This document shows positions 37,091 to 46,180 of a stretch of 60,499 nt of DNA, piece after piece; within the stretch, counting starts at the first letter, position 1; the number at the start of each line of letters is the position of its first letter. Source of the DNA: Clostridia bacterium (GTDB taxonomy: Bacteria; Bacillota; Clostridia; Christensenellales; Borkfalkiaceae); NCBI GenBank assembly GCA_029061155.1, contig JAIDSQ010000151.1, forward strand, positions 1 to 60,499. Reading direction: 5' to 3'. The notes under the pieces were generated by a model that searched no databases, was not told the DNA's origin, and worked only from the letters and a program-made list of their open reading frames with translations. Both the position numbers and the translations under genes were made by a program.

Positions 37091-38269
37091 ATGAAAGGCA
37101 AGTTTTTTTTAAGTTTAGTATGTGCTGCTGCCGTTTGCTTTACTGCGGCAGGCTTGGCGGGCTGTGCAGGTAACAACGACAGCGACAACACGGCGGAACC
37201 TCCCACCGAAGGCTTGGAATACACCCTCAACGACGACGGCAAAAGCTACAGCGTGACAGGCATAGGTTCGGCAACCGATACAAAAATCGTTATTTCTGCA
37301 GAGTACGAAGGAAAGCCCGTAACGGATATCGGCAAGTCGGCATTTGCGGAAAATCAAAGCATTACCAGCGTTACCGTCCCCGACAGCGTAACGGTTATAA
37401 AAACCAGCGCTTTTGCGGACTGCTCTTCTTTGAAAGAAGTTAAACTTTCCTACGGGCTTGAGGAACTGTGGCAGAGCGTTTTCTATAATTGCAGTGCGCT
37501 TGAGAACGTAGTTTTACCGGACAGCCTTATGTCTGTCGGCGCAGGCTGTTTCTCCGACTCCGACGGCAGCAAACTGAAAAACTTCCGTTACACCGAGCAG
37601 GAAGGCGTACTGTACGTGGGTACGGCGCGCAACCCCTATCACGCTCTCGTTGGTATGGCGACTAAGGGCGCCACGACCGCTTTCACCGTACATAAGGACA
37701 CTAAAGTTATTGCCACCGGCGCGTTCGAAAACAATCGCAATACTTTGCAGAATATTTTTTTCCCGCAGGAACTGACCGGAATAAACGTGCCCCGCTCTTT
37801 ATTCAACAATCTGTTAAGAACAGGCAAATTCAATGTTAATTCGGCGAACGGCTATTATTTGGGCACTGCGCCCCAATCGGGCAACAAAGGCAATCCGTAC
37901 GTAGCGCTTATCGACGCCGCTTCTGCCGGGTTTGCACTTAAAGACGGAGTAAAAATCATCGCCGGCGACGGACTTAGAGCTAATACACAAAACAGCTTTG
38001 CCACGCAAACCGAAATAGTTATTCCCGACGGCATTGACAGTATCGGCGAATACGCCTTTTTAGGATTTGACAAGCTTGAAAAAATTACTCTCCCGTCAAG
38101 CCTCACCATTCTGTCCCGCCACTTATTCGACAAGTGCTCCGCGCTTACGGATATTACATTTAAAGGCACGAAAGCGCAGTGGAACGCAATTAAAAAATCG
38201 TCAAATTGGGACGTGAATACTGCCGACTACACAATTCACTGCACCGACGGCGATATCGCAAAAGCATAA
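37091..38269 (+). CDS. BspA-type leucine-rich-repeat lipoprotein
   Basis: Start set at MKGKFF, with AGGAG upstream. Lipobox LAGC. LRR_5-like units (SAFA.N.S.TSVT.PDSVT.I..SAF..C). Confidence 0.8.
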   Translation: MKGKFFLSLVCAAAVCFTAAGLAGCAGNNDSDNTAEPPTEGLEYTLNDDGKSYSVTGIGSATDTKIVISAEYEGKPVTDIGKSAFAENQSITSVTVPDSVTVIKTSAFADCSSLKEVKLSYGLEELWQSVFYNCSALENVVLPDSLMSVGAGCFSDSDGSKLKNFRYTEQEGVLYVGTARNPYHALVGMATKGATTAFTVHKDTKVIATGAFENNRNTLQNIFFPQELTGINVPRSLFNNLLRTGKFNVNSANGYYLGTAPQSGNKGNPYVALIDAASAGFALKDGVKIIAGDGLRANTQNSFATQTEIVIPDGIDSIGEYAFLGFDKLEKITLPSSLTILSRHLFDKCSALTDITFKGTKAQWNAIKKSSNWDVNTADYTIHCTDGDIAKA

Positions 38270-38302
38270 ATTTTAATTACGCCGCCACATATACTAACTA
38301 AT

Positions 38303-38331
38303 AAAGCCGCAGTTTGTAAAACTGCGGCTTT
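38303..38331. terminator. Bidirectional intrinsic terminator
   Basis: aaagccgcagtt-tgtaa-aactgcggcttt. Confidence 0.8.
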
Positions 38332-38338
38332 ATTATCA

Positions 38339-39076
38339 TCACTTATCTAATTTAGAATATTGCTCGTCCGATACAGGCTCCAACCATTCGTTAGAAGTGT
38401 TTACGCCGGGGCACTCTACGGCAATGTGAGTAAACCAGCTGTCCGCCGCCGCGCCGTGCCAATGCTTTACGCCGACAGAGATATATACAACGTCGCCAGG
38501 TTTTAACGCCTGCGCGGGTTTCCCCCATTCCTGATACCAGCCGCATCCGTCGGTACACAAAAGAATTTGCCCGCCTCCTTTCTCGGCTTTATGAATATGC
38601 CAGTTGTTGCGGCACTTAGGCTCGAAAGTTACGTTTGCCATAAACACCGTTTCTTTGGGATTCGTAAGCGGTTTTAAGTAAGAGTTGCCGATAAAATATT
38701 TTGCATACGCCGTGTTGGGTTCACCGAGTCCGAACAGTCCGCCGAACTTACCGTCGTCGTCTTTATAAACTTCTTTCGCCATACGGAAGGCAGCCCAGGC
38801 ATTGGGCCACCCCGCGTAAAATGCAACGTGGGTTAAACGCTCCGCCATTTCCGTTTTGGTTACGCCGTTTGCCTTTGCCGTTTGCAAATGATATTGAAAA
38901 GAACTGTCTATAAGCCCTTTCGACACAAGTGTTGTTACCGTAAGCATAGAGCGGGTTTTAAGAGAAAGCGCGTCGCCCGACCAGACCTCTCCGAATAATA
39001 CGTCGTCGTTAAGCTGTGCAAATTTAGGGGCAAATTCCCCGAGAGAATCGCGTCCTGCCGTCTGTTTGATTTTCAT
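38339..39076 (-). CDS. Carboxymuconolactone decarboxylase (CMD/AhpD-like) domain fused to a cupin domain
   Basis: 245 aa. The N-terminal half (LTHVAFYAGWPNAWAA) is CMD-like. The C-terminal half (WHIH...GDVVYISVGVKHWHGA) is cupin-like. Confidence 0.7.
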   Translation of the reverse strand: MKIKQTAGRDSLGEFAPKFAQLNDDVLFGEVWSGDALSLKTRSMLTVTTLVSKGLIDSSFQYHLQTAKANGVTKTEMAERLTHVAFYAGWPNAWAAFRMAKEVYKDDDGKFGGLFGLGEPNTAYAKYFIGNSYLKPLTNPKETVFMANVTFEPKCRNNWHIHKAEKGGGQILLCTDGCGWYQEWGKPAQALKPGDVVYISVGVKHWHGAAADSWFTHIAVECPGVNTSNEWLEPVSDEQYSKLDK

Positions 39077-39086
39077 AAATTACTCC

Positions 39087-39416
39087 TTATTTTCTTATAA
39101 ATTTTCTATCGCGTTCGGGCGCGCTGTCGTCCGAAACGTATCTTTCGACCTTCATGTGCAAATCGTACTTTTCGCGCAATGCAACGATTTGCTTCATTAA
39201 CGGTAAACCGTGATGAACGTCGAGAGCGTTCTGGTCTTGCCAACTGTCTATCAAAAGCACACTTTCGCTATCGTCAATTGGCAGAAAATACTCGTACCGC
39301 AGATTGCCATTCTCGTTTCGGATAGCCTGCACTAATCCCGACGAAATCATTTCCTTTGCAAATTTAACCGCATTGCCGTTCTGACCGCCGTAATAAATAT
39401 TGACCGTAATTGCCAT
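39087..39416 (-). CDS. ABM-domain (antibiotic-biosynthesis-monooxygenase-like) protein
   Basis: 109 aa with ferredoxin-like ABM length and pattern (YEYF...D.W.DQ.ALD.H). Confidence 0.6.
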   Translation of the reverse strand: MAITVNIYYGGQNGNAVKFAKEMISSGLVQAIRNENGNLRYEYFLPIDDSESVLLIDSWQDQNALDVHHGLPLMKQIVALREKYDLHMKVERYVSDDSAPERDRKFIRK

Positions 39417-39426
39417 AATCGTTTAC

Positions 39427-40953
39427 CTAATTCATTTGTCCGATAAGAGTGCCGACGTTATTACCGCTTATACGCTCACCAGATTTCCAATTTGCCGTAG
39501 GGGCTAAGCTATGCAAGTTGGTTGCACTCGAGCCCATAGGACTGCTTGCCGAAGTGCAGAACGGAATTATCGTCTTGCCCGAAAAATCGTAACTTTCAAG
39601 GAACGTATAAATAATTTTGGGCGCTTGACCGTGCCATATAGGGTAACCTATAAATATGACGTCGTACTGTTCTATGTTATAAACGCTTCCGCTGATTTCG
39701 GGGCGGGCGGAACTGTCCGCCTGTTCTCTGTCGGCTCTGCAATTTGTATAATATTTTAAGTCGTCTGCGGTGTACGGAACGGCAGGCGTTATCCTGTAAA
39801 GGAACGAATTGCTTACCTGACTTTGTACTGATTCCGCAACGCCTTTCGTCGTATCCGTACACGAGAAATATGCAATCAGAACTTTTGTATCGTCGGGCGT
39901 TGCGGACGTACCCGCATACACAAGCTGCACATCTCGGTTGCCGTAATTCCACATAGACGAGCTTTTTTCGATAGCGTTCCATTCCATTTCCATCCCCGCG
40001 TAGTTAATCTTCGTAATCGTGCTTTCGTTAATAAATGAAATGCCGATTTTCGTAACCGACTTCGGTATATTTAATTCGGTTATTCCTCTCGTTCTCTGGA
40101 AGGAACGCGCTTCCAGTACCTTTACCCCGTCGGGAATGTTAGGATTGCTTGCACCGCGCACGAGCGTTTGCGTTGCACTTTCTATCAGGTGTCCGTTTTC
40201 GCTGCGGTAAGTAGTATTGCCGCTTGCAACCGTAAAGCTTATAACCGAGCAGTTATTGAACGCACTGTTGCCGATAGCCGTCACTCCCTTTGGAATAGTG
40301 ATATTTTTAAGCGCCGAGCAAGCAGAGAACGCGTTGTTTCCGATAGTTGTTAAAGCGCTGTTAGCCCCGACATATACCACACCCAATTGTCTGCAACCGT
40401 AAAAAGTATTCTGTCCTATTTCCGTAATTGTATCGGGAATTGTAACAGAAGTAAAGGCTTTTTGAGCAAAAGCGCCCGTACCGTGATGACCCTGAATTTT
40501 TGTTACGGGCAACCCTTCGTGTTCGGCGGGAATAACGACAATAGTTTCTTCTCCCACGTCCGTAACCGTATAGGTATTGCCCTCTTTTTCAAACGTAAGA
40601 CTTGCCGTGCTGTCTGGCAACTGGGCTTCCGCTTCCCACCCCGCATAAAGCGTAATATTGTCATTTACCCTGTCGGTATCGAAGTTCCACTCGGTATCGT
40701 TCTCTTTAAACCAACCCGTAAGATAGTATCCTTCTTTTATAGGCGTTTGAGGACGGACCGCTGGATTGCCTTCGCGTATCCTTTGGCTTTCAACCGCACT
40801 GCCGCCGCGGCTGTCGAAAGTTACGGTATAGTATGTTCCCTTATCTTCACCGCCCCCGCCATTGGCGTCCGTATTGCCGTTGCAGCCGGTAAATGCAAAG
40901 AGCAAACACATTATGCTGGCAATAAGAATGTAAAATATATTTTTACTTTTCAT
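39427..40953 (-). CDS. Lipoprotein: Listeria-Bacteroides repeat plus BspA-type LRR plus C-terminal flavodoxin-like domain
   Basis: 508 aa, lipobox FTGC. YTVTFDSRGGS...GYYLTGWF...ITLYAGW repeat, LRR_5 units, and the C-terminus VLIAYFSCTDTTKGVAE...FIGYPIWHGQAPKII..FLE...GKTIIPFCTS. Confidence 0.8.
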   Translation of the reverse strand: MKSKNIFYILIASIMCLLFAFTGCNGNTDANGGGGEDKGTYYTVTFDSRGGSAVESQRIREGNPAVRPQTPIKEGYYLTGWFKENDTEWNFDTDRVNDNITLYAGWEAEAQLPDSTASLTFEKEGNTYTVTDVGEETIVVIPAEHEGLPVTKIQGHHGTGAFAQKAFTSVTIPDTITEIGQNTFYGCRQLGVVYVGANSALTTIGNNAFSACSALKNITIPKGVTAIGNSAFNNCSVISFTVASGNTTYRSENGHLIESATQTLVRGASNPNIPDGVKVLEARSFQRTRGITELNIPKSVTKIGISFINESTITKINYAGMEMEWNAIEKSSSMWNYGNRDVQLVYAGTSATPDDTKVLIAYFSCTDTTKGVAESVQSQVSNSFLYRITPAVPYTADDLKYYTNCRADREQADSSARPEISGSVYNIEQYDVIFIGYPIWHGQAPKIIYTFLESYDFSGKTIIPFCTSASSPMGSSATNLHSLAPTANWKSGERISGNNVGTLIGQMN

Positions 40954-40974
40954 AATGCTTCTCCTGAATGTTTT

Positions 40975-41517
40975 TTACTTCTTTCCGAACGACATACATT
41001 TACCGATTACCGCACCCGTTTTCAGATACTGATAAGTAGGCATTTCAAACAACACAGGTTTCAGTTTGTCGTAGTCAATTTTTCCGTCATCACGCAAAAT
41101 CTCTTCATTCGCATAGGTGTTTGATATTGTCAAGATGAAGTTATCAAAACCTTTCGTTTCGTAATTATCCTCGACAACACACTCCATAGAAAGCGGCGAC
41201 TTTGCGATAATAGGTGCACCCTTTACCCCCGTTTCAAAACCGAAAACGTCCGACTTATCAACCTTCATTCCGCTTACGCAACCGACGTAATCTGCTTTAT
41301 CCAAAAGTGCTTCGTCTACGATATTTACCGAAAGCACTTTGTTTTGCTTGATTCCCGCATTGATGTAATGGGGCTTTGCAAGGCTGACCATAATATGGTC
41401 GTGTCCCATAATTCCCAAGTGCCCTACGAGCGTCCAAGTGGGTTTACCGTCCCAGAACGTGCCGACAACGACAAGCGGCGTGGGATACAGCGCCAGAACC
41501 GAGCCCAAATTTTTCAT
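40975..41517 (-). CDS. Flavin reductase family protein (FMN-binding split barrel)
   Basis: 180 aa, LYPTP.V.VGT...P....V.H.G pattern, no signal peptide. Confidence 0.7.
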   Translation of the reverse strand: MKNLGSVLALYPTPLVVVGTFWDGKPTWTLVGHLGIMGHDHIMVSLAKPHYINAGIKQNKVLSVNIVDEALLDKADYVGCVSGMKVDKSDVFGFETGVKGAPIIAKSPLSMECVVEDNYETKGFDNFILTISNTYANEEILRDDGKIDYDKLKPVLFEMPTYQYLKTGAVIGKCMSFGKK

Positions 41518-41527
41518 ATATTACTCC

Positions 41528-41737
41528 TTAATTCTTTTTAATTTCGTGTATCAGGTAATCAATTTGCTGTATTGATTTTTCCTGTTCGTGAACGGCGTCC
41601 AATATGCGATATCTGCTCTTTTTCAGAACGTCAATTTGCCTTTCTATGTTTCCGCCGCTCGCATTAAATTTTATTACTTCGCTTTCCGTCAGGCCTATTT
41701 CAGTCAAGTATTGTGTTAAACTTTCTCCGTATTGCAT
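41528..41737 (-). CDS. Small hypothetical helical protein (69 aa)
   Basis: Start set at MQYGESL. The longer 147-aa track ORF would overlap the upstream DUF4405 gene extensively. Confidence 0.4.
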   Translation of the reverse strand: MQYGESLTQYLTEIGLTESEVIKFNASGGNIERQIDVLKKSRYRILDAVHEQEKSIQQIDYLIHEIKKN

Positions 41738-42429
41738 AGTACACCCTTCTTCTTTTTTGATAAAATTTGTAAGCCTTTGTTTGAGTAATAGCCTAATGCC
41801 CCGAACAGGCAAATCACGCAAACGTAGTCGAACAAAAACTTCATTACGGATTCGCCGTATTGCAGGAATTTGAAATGTGTAGTTAAGAACATTTCTTCCC
41901 ACATCGCTCTCTGCACGAATACCACAATTCCGTAAACGGCAAGCCCCAAAAACACCGCTCTCAAAATCCACTTAACTGCAATTCCCGCTTTATCAGACAA
42001 CTTTATTCTTTTCGCCAAGCCGATAAATAATGAGAAATGAAGTCCCAGATGCAGAGACATAAATATGAAAGTCCACATCGTCGCAAACAAGTGTAGCTGT
42101 CTGCCCGTCATTATGTCGCCGTTTATATTCAGCGGCAAAAAGATTTCGGCGGATATGAGCATTGCACTTGCAATATTACAAGCCATTAATACCCATAAAA
42201 GGATATTGACAACGAGCTTATAAATTCGGGTAGCCGTGTACTTGCCTTTGAACAAATTTTTATACCAACGCAAATTCAAGCTGTTATGAATAAGAAAAAG
42301 TACTAATACGCTGATACCCATCCACTCATGCTGCGTTTCACCGAACAGGTGATACCCCATTAAACATATCAGCAAAGCGGTCATAGCCAAGTCAATTAAA
42401 ATCTTGACTGCAAGTAATGTCTTTTTCAT
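41716..42429 (-). CDS. DUF4405-family integral membrane protein
   Basis: 237 aa; the opening LIDL.MT.LLI.LMGYHL.GE..HEW.GI..LVLF.IHN.LN..WYKNLFKGKYT is typical of DUF4405. His residues lie in the TM helices. Confidence 0.7.
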   Translation of the reverse strand: MKKTLLAVKILIDLAMTALLICLMGYHLFGETQHEWMGISVLVLFLIHNSLNLRWYKNLFKGKYTATRIYKLVVNILLWVLMACNIASAMLISAEIFLPLNINGDIMTGRQLHLFATMWTFIFMSLHLGLHFSLFIGLAKRIKLSDKAGIAVKWILRAVFLGLAVYGIVVFVQRAMWEEMFLTTHFKFLQYGESVMKFLFDYVCVICLFGALGYYSNKGLQILSKKKKGVLCNTEKV

Positions 42430-43859
42430 TGCGTTACACCGTTTCGGGCAAGCCAGCCGGCTACGTCAGAAGAAAGCGAACTCCCGCCCGAATAATGAAT
42501 AGATAAACCTTCTGTGAGCGGCGAATTGGGTGCGAGCTTTGCAATAGCCGTAAGGCTCTGTCCGAATCTGCCGCCGCCGTGCGAACAGAACGGCATAATG
42601 GTTTTGCCCGATAAATCGTATTCTTCCAGAAAAGATGCTATAGGCATAGGGATTGACGCCCACCAATTCGGATAACCTAAAATTACCGTATCGTATTCTT
42701 CGATGTTATCTATCTTATTTTTGATTTCAGGTCTTGCCTGCGCCTTTTGGTCGCGCTGTGCCTGATCAAGTACGGTATTGTAATTTGTCGAATAAGGCTT
42801 GACAAGCTCTATTTCAAAGAGATATGCGCCAGTTTGTCTTTGAATTTCTCTTGCAACTCCGCGTGTATTTCCACCCCAGGAGAAGTATACAATAAGTATC
42901 TTTCCGCCCGTTGCGGCGTGGAGTCCTCCGCCCGTTACTACGTTTCCGACAACCGCACTGCCGTTTCTTACAAGGCGAAGCCCTACGGCAAAACTAACGC
43001 TCGTTGCGGCAAGCGACGCCCTGTATGCGCTTCTCGTATGCTTGCCGAAGTCGTTCCAACCGCCGCCGCGATTGACGCGCAAAGTACCCGTACTTGCGCC
43101 CGTCGGATCGGTCTGCTCTTCCGTCGAATACTCGCCGTAATAATCCCAACACCACTCTCCGACGTTACCATGCATATTGTATAAGCCCCATTTATTGGGC
43201 GAAAAACTGTTTACCGCAACGGTAGTTTGACGGTATAAGCCCGGCTTTGTTTCGAGCGCACCCTGATTGAAGTAGTTATCTTCGATGCCGTAAGGGTAAT
43301 GGCCGTAAAAGTTGCAAGTATCAGCGCCAGGCACTTTCTCGGTATTGAACGGCGTGTACGTTCCCGCACGGCACGCAAATTCCCATTCGGCTTCGGTAGG
43401 TAATCTGTATCCGTCCGCTTGCCTGTTCCAAGTTACGTTTTCGCCTTCTATCGTATAAACGGGGGTAATATTTTCCGCTTCACTTCTTGCATTGCAGTAA
43501 CGCAAAGCGTCGTACCACGAAATGTTTTCTACAGGTAAATTTTCTCCTTTGAAATTGCTCGGATTGCTGTTCATGACCGAAGTATATTCCGCTTGCGAAA
43601 CCTCATAGGGACTGATATAAAAATCGCTTACCGTTACGGTGTGCTTTGTTTCGTCATCTCCGCGCCATTCTTCACTCTCGGAACTTCCCATAGAAAAGGT
43701 CCCGCCGTTGATTTTAACCATACCCTGAGCATTTGTTACAGGCGGCGCATCTCCGTCGCCGTTACCGCCTATCCACTCGTCAGGCGCATTTTGACCGCAA
43801 CCCGCAAAACACAATATACACAATATTAATGTTAAAAATATACCGAATATTTTTTTCAC
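42426..43859 (-). CDS. Lipoprotein: FGE/SUMF1-type (sulfatase-modifying-factor fold) domain fused to a C-terminal flavodoxin-like domain
   Basis: Start set at the GTG at 43859, with AAGGAG 7 nt upstream, giving (M)KKIFGIFLTLILCILCFAGC. The FGE-like block includes ISWYDA..YCN and RV.RGGGW...RSAYR...GLRLVR. The flavodoxin block includes ILIVYFSWGGNT and LGYPNWW. Confidence 0.75.
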   Translation of the reverse strand: MKKIFGIFLTLILCILCFAGCGQNAPDEWIGGNGDGDAPPVTNAQGMVKINGGTFSMGSSESEEWRGDDETKHTVTVSDFYISPYEVSQAEYTSVMNSNPSNFKGENLPVENISWYDALRYCNARSEAENITPVYTIEGENVTWNRQADGYRLPTEAEWEFACRAGTYTPFNTEKVPGADTCNFYGHYPYGIEDNYFNQGALETKPGLYRQTTVAVNSFSPNKWGLYNMHGNVGEWCWDYYGEYSTEEQTDPTGASTGTLRVNRGGGWNDFGKHTRSAYRASLAATSVSFAVGLRLVRNGSAVVGNVVTGGGLHAATGGKILIVYFSWGGNTRGVAREIQRQTGAYLFEIELVKPYSTNYNTVLDQAQRDQKAQARPEIKNKIDNIEEYDTVILGYPNWWASIPMPIASFLEEYDLSGKTIMPFCSHGGGRFGQSLTAIAKLAPNSPLTEGLSIHYSGGSSLSSDVAGWLARNGVTQ

Positions 43860-43863
43860 CGGT

Positions 43864-44472
43864 TTACTCCTTGTTAAACCCAAGTCCCGCAACATAGCTG
43901 TCTATAGAGCTTTGAGATGCACTGCCCGAAAGTTTTGTACCGTCTAGCCAAGTGGCTTTGCTTGCCGAACCGTGCAAATTTTTTGCGCTGTTGCCAACGC
44001 CGCTTCCGCCCGAAGTACAGAACGGAATTATCGTCTTGCCCTCAAAGTCATAGCTTTCAAGGAAGGTATAAATAATCTTCGGCGCTTCCGCCCACCAAAT
44101 GGGATAACCGAGAAATACTATATCGTACCCGTCCATATTTTGCACGCTGCCGCTGATTTCAGGACGCGCCGAGCTGTCGTTTTGTTCTTTGGTCGAGCGG
44201 CTGTCTCTATTGCCGTAATTTAAGTCCGCCGAAGTATAAGGCTGTGCAGGCGTAATTGCGTACAGTGTACCGCCAGTAGACACCGCTATTTTTTCGGCAA
44301 CGCCCTTTGTTGTGTTCGTGCAAGAAAAGTATGCAACAAGCACTTTACCATCCGTGCCTTCGGGTATTTTATCCGTATTTCCGTCTTCTGTGCAACCGAC
44401 AAAACCAAAACATATACAAAGTATTGTGGCAATTCCTAAAAGTACTGAAATGAAGGTTTTCTTATTTCTCAT
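43864..44472 (-). CDS. Flavodoxin-like lipoprotein
   Basis: 202 aa, signal peptide with lipobox FVGC, VLVAYFSCTNTTKGVAE...FLGYPIWWAEAPKII. Confidence 0.8.
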   Translation of the reverse strand: MRNKKTFISVLLGIATILCICFGFVGCTEDGNTDKIPEGTDGKVLVAYFSCTNTTKGVAEKIAVSTGGTLYAITPAQPYTSADLNYGNRDSRSTKEQNDSSARPEISGSVQNMDGYDIVFLGYPIWWAEAPKIIYTFLESYDFEGKTIIPFCTSGGSGVGNSAKNLHGSASKATWLDGTKLSGSASQSSIDSYVAGLGFNKE

Positions 44473-44563
44473 GCAAAACTCCTTTTACAAAAAAACAGTG
44501 CGCAAAAACCTTTTCGGTTCTTACACACTAATTATACTTGATTTGCATTATTATGTAAAATAC

Positions 44564-45460
44564 TTATTTTTTATCGTTTATCATAACTGATTTGCATTTT
44601 ATAAAATCTATAAACTTTAACACGCAAGCTGACACGATTTGATTTTTCTTCCATACAAGCACGCTCGTCTGTTCTATTTTCGGATAGAGCGGACGGAAAT
44701 TTAATTCAGGATGATTGTAAAGTTGTACCGCACCGTCTATCGTTACTGCACAGCCCATTCCTTTGGATACGAGCATAGCCGCATTGTACAAAAGGTTTAC
44801 CGTAAGATAGATATTCTTTTCGTTATAATACTCTCCGAACCAGGACGAAAACATCGATTGGTTAACGGCGCGGTTGCTTATGAAAATTTTTCGGTCTTTC
44901 AGATCTTCCGCCGTAACGTATTGTTTTTTGCACAGGGGGCATTTCGACGGAACTATAACTCCCCAGGTATCTTTTACGGGCAGGCGGATAAATTCATATT
45001 TTGAAAAGTCTGTAGGTTCAAGCAAAATTCCTATATCGAGCAATCCCTTATCAAGCTGTTCTTTCGTCCCGTCCGCATTGCCTGAAATTATTTCAAACCG
45101 CACGTCGGGATAGTCTTCGCGGAACTCGTTTATAAGATCGGCTAAATACGAGCTCGCCGCCGTTTCGCCCATACCGATTGAGATTACGCCGCTTAAAGAA
45201 GTAAGCCCGTTTGCAAATTCCTGTTCTGTCTTTTCGGTTAACTCGATAATTTCCTGCGCCTTTTGGCGAAGATATAAACCCTCGTCCGTAAGCGTTATAT
45301 TGCGTTTACCGCGAATAAAGAGTTTTGCACCAAGCTCCTCTTCAAGTTGCATAAGCTGACGGGAAAGAGCGGGTTGAGATATATGCAATATTTCCGCCGC
45401 TTTGGTGATGTTTTCTTCCCTTGCAACAATGAGAAAGTATTTCAATACTCTGTTTTCCAT
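44564..45460 (-). CDS. LysR-family transcriptional regulator
   Basis: 298 aa, N-terminal HTH (L.YFL.VAREENITKAAE.LHISQPALSRQL..LEEELG..LF.R). Confidence 0.9.
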   Translation of the reverse strand: MENRVLKYFLIVAREENITKAAEILHISQPALSRQLMQLEEELGAKLFIRGKRNITLTDEGLYLRQKAQEIIELTEKTEQEFANGLTSLSGVISIGMGETAASSYLADLINEFREDYPDVRFEIISGNADGTKEQLDKGLLDIGILLEPTDFSKYEFIRLPVKDTWGVIVPSKCPLCKKQYVTAEDLKDRKIFISNRAVNQSMFSSWFGEYYNEKNIYLTVNLLYNAAMLVSKGMGCAVTIDGAVQLYNHPELNFRPLYPKIEQTSVLVWKKNQIVSACVLKFIDFIKCKSVMINDKK

Positions 45461-45547
45461 AAATACCCCTTTTGTATGATGCTGCCGTTATTATGCATAT
45501 AGATTATAACATAAACATCACGGTGTTGCAACGGACTATTTGCTTTT

Positions 45548-45700
45548 TTATTTTTTATTGCCCTGCATCTCAGTCTTTTCCTGTTTTTCGCGTTCTTCGT
45601 TTTTTTGGATAAGCCGTTGAATAAATAACTTGTCCTCTTCGGTAAGAAGGGTTTTAACGTCTTTTTCTGCCTGTTTCCGTAAATATTTTTTTATATTCAT
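45548..45700 (-). CDS. Possible small ORF (50 aa, charged, helical)
   Basis: ATG..TAA ORF: MNIKKYLRKQAEKDVKTLLTEEDKLFIQRLIQKNEEREKQEKTEMQGNKK. Weak RBS and no homology recognised. Confidence 0.25.
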   Translation of the reverse strand: MNIKKYLRKQAEKDVKTLLTEEDKLFIQRLIQKNEEREKQEKTEMQGNKK

Positions 45701-45950
45701 TTGCAAATATCCCAACCTTCAGTCGCACTTATGATTGACTTTTTTCTTTTGTAAGAATGTGGTTGCAACCCCGAACTTGTCATGAAATGGGTTGGGCACG
45801 AGTTTGACGCGGACGTCAAGACTTCGCGCGTGGACAGGGGCTATACAACCTATTCGCAGGAGTACATCCTGCAAGAAATTAACAAAATAGACTATGAACT
45901 GTAAATGACGCACAAACACACCTGTTTTGGGCTGAAATCGGGCAAAAAGC

Positions 45951-45971
45951 ACTTCCCAATTACTTCCCAAA
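45951..45971 (+). repeat. Tandem decamer ACTTCCCAA(T/A)
   Basis: acttcccaatt followed by acttcccaaa, just before hairpin 45981-46012. Compare the tandem at 50120-50141. Confidence 0.6.
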
Positions 45972-45980
45972 CATAACAAA

Positions 45981-46012
45981 ACGGGAGAAATTTTGTGAAT
46001 TCCTCCCGTTTT
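45981..46012. terminator. Hairpin with flanking A/T runs at the left edge of the AT-rich islet
   Basis: acgggagaa-attttgtga-attcctcccgt followed by ttt. Confidence 0.55.
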
Positions 46013-46180
46013 GATGCGTGTATTGACCAAAACTCCTCTTTTTAGTGGGTATTAAGATAGGCAGTTGAACAAAAAGCCTTTTTTTCAAATACTGCAAAAA
46101 ACAGTCTTATAGCTTATAATCTAGTTTCTTTTATACTTTTTCAAATTTATTGATTCGACAAAATGCTATGCGGAAAACAA

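Noticed and set aside
37103-37110. T8 homopolymer in codons 5-7 of the LRR lipoprotein gene as a phase-variation switch
   Set aside because: The tract is at the lower limit for slipped-strand variation, and no read or strain variation data are available. It is noted but not claimed.
41738-41971. Long (147-aa) version of the ORF 41528-41971
   Set aside because: It would overlap the 3' end of the DUF4405 gene by more than 250 nt in another frame, so only the distal 69-codon part is plausible.
42426-43859. The FGE/C-type-lectin-fold protein as a diversity-generating-retroelement target
   Set aside because: There is no reverse transcriptase and no template or variable repeat pair with adenine-specific differences anywhere in the window.
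45719-46030. 103-aa minus-strand ORF at the left edge of the defence islet
   Set aside because: It runs through a terminator hairpin and the tandem decamers, and it has no RBS or recognisable motif. It is probably a chance ORF in AT-rich DNA.
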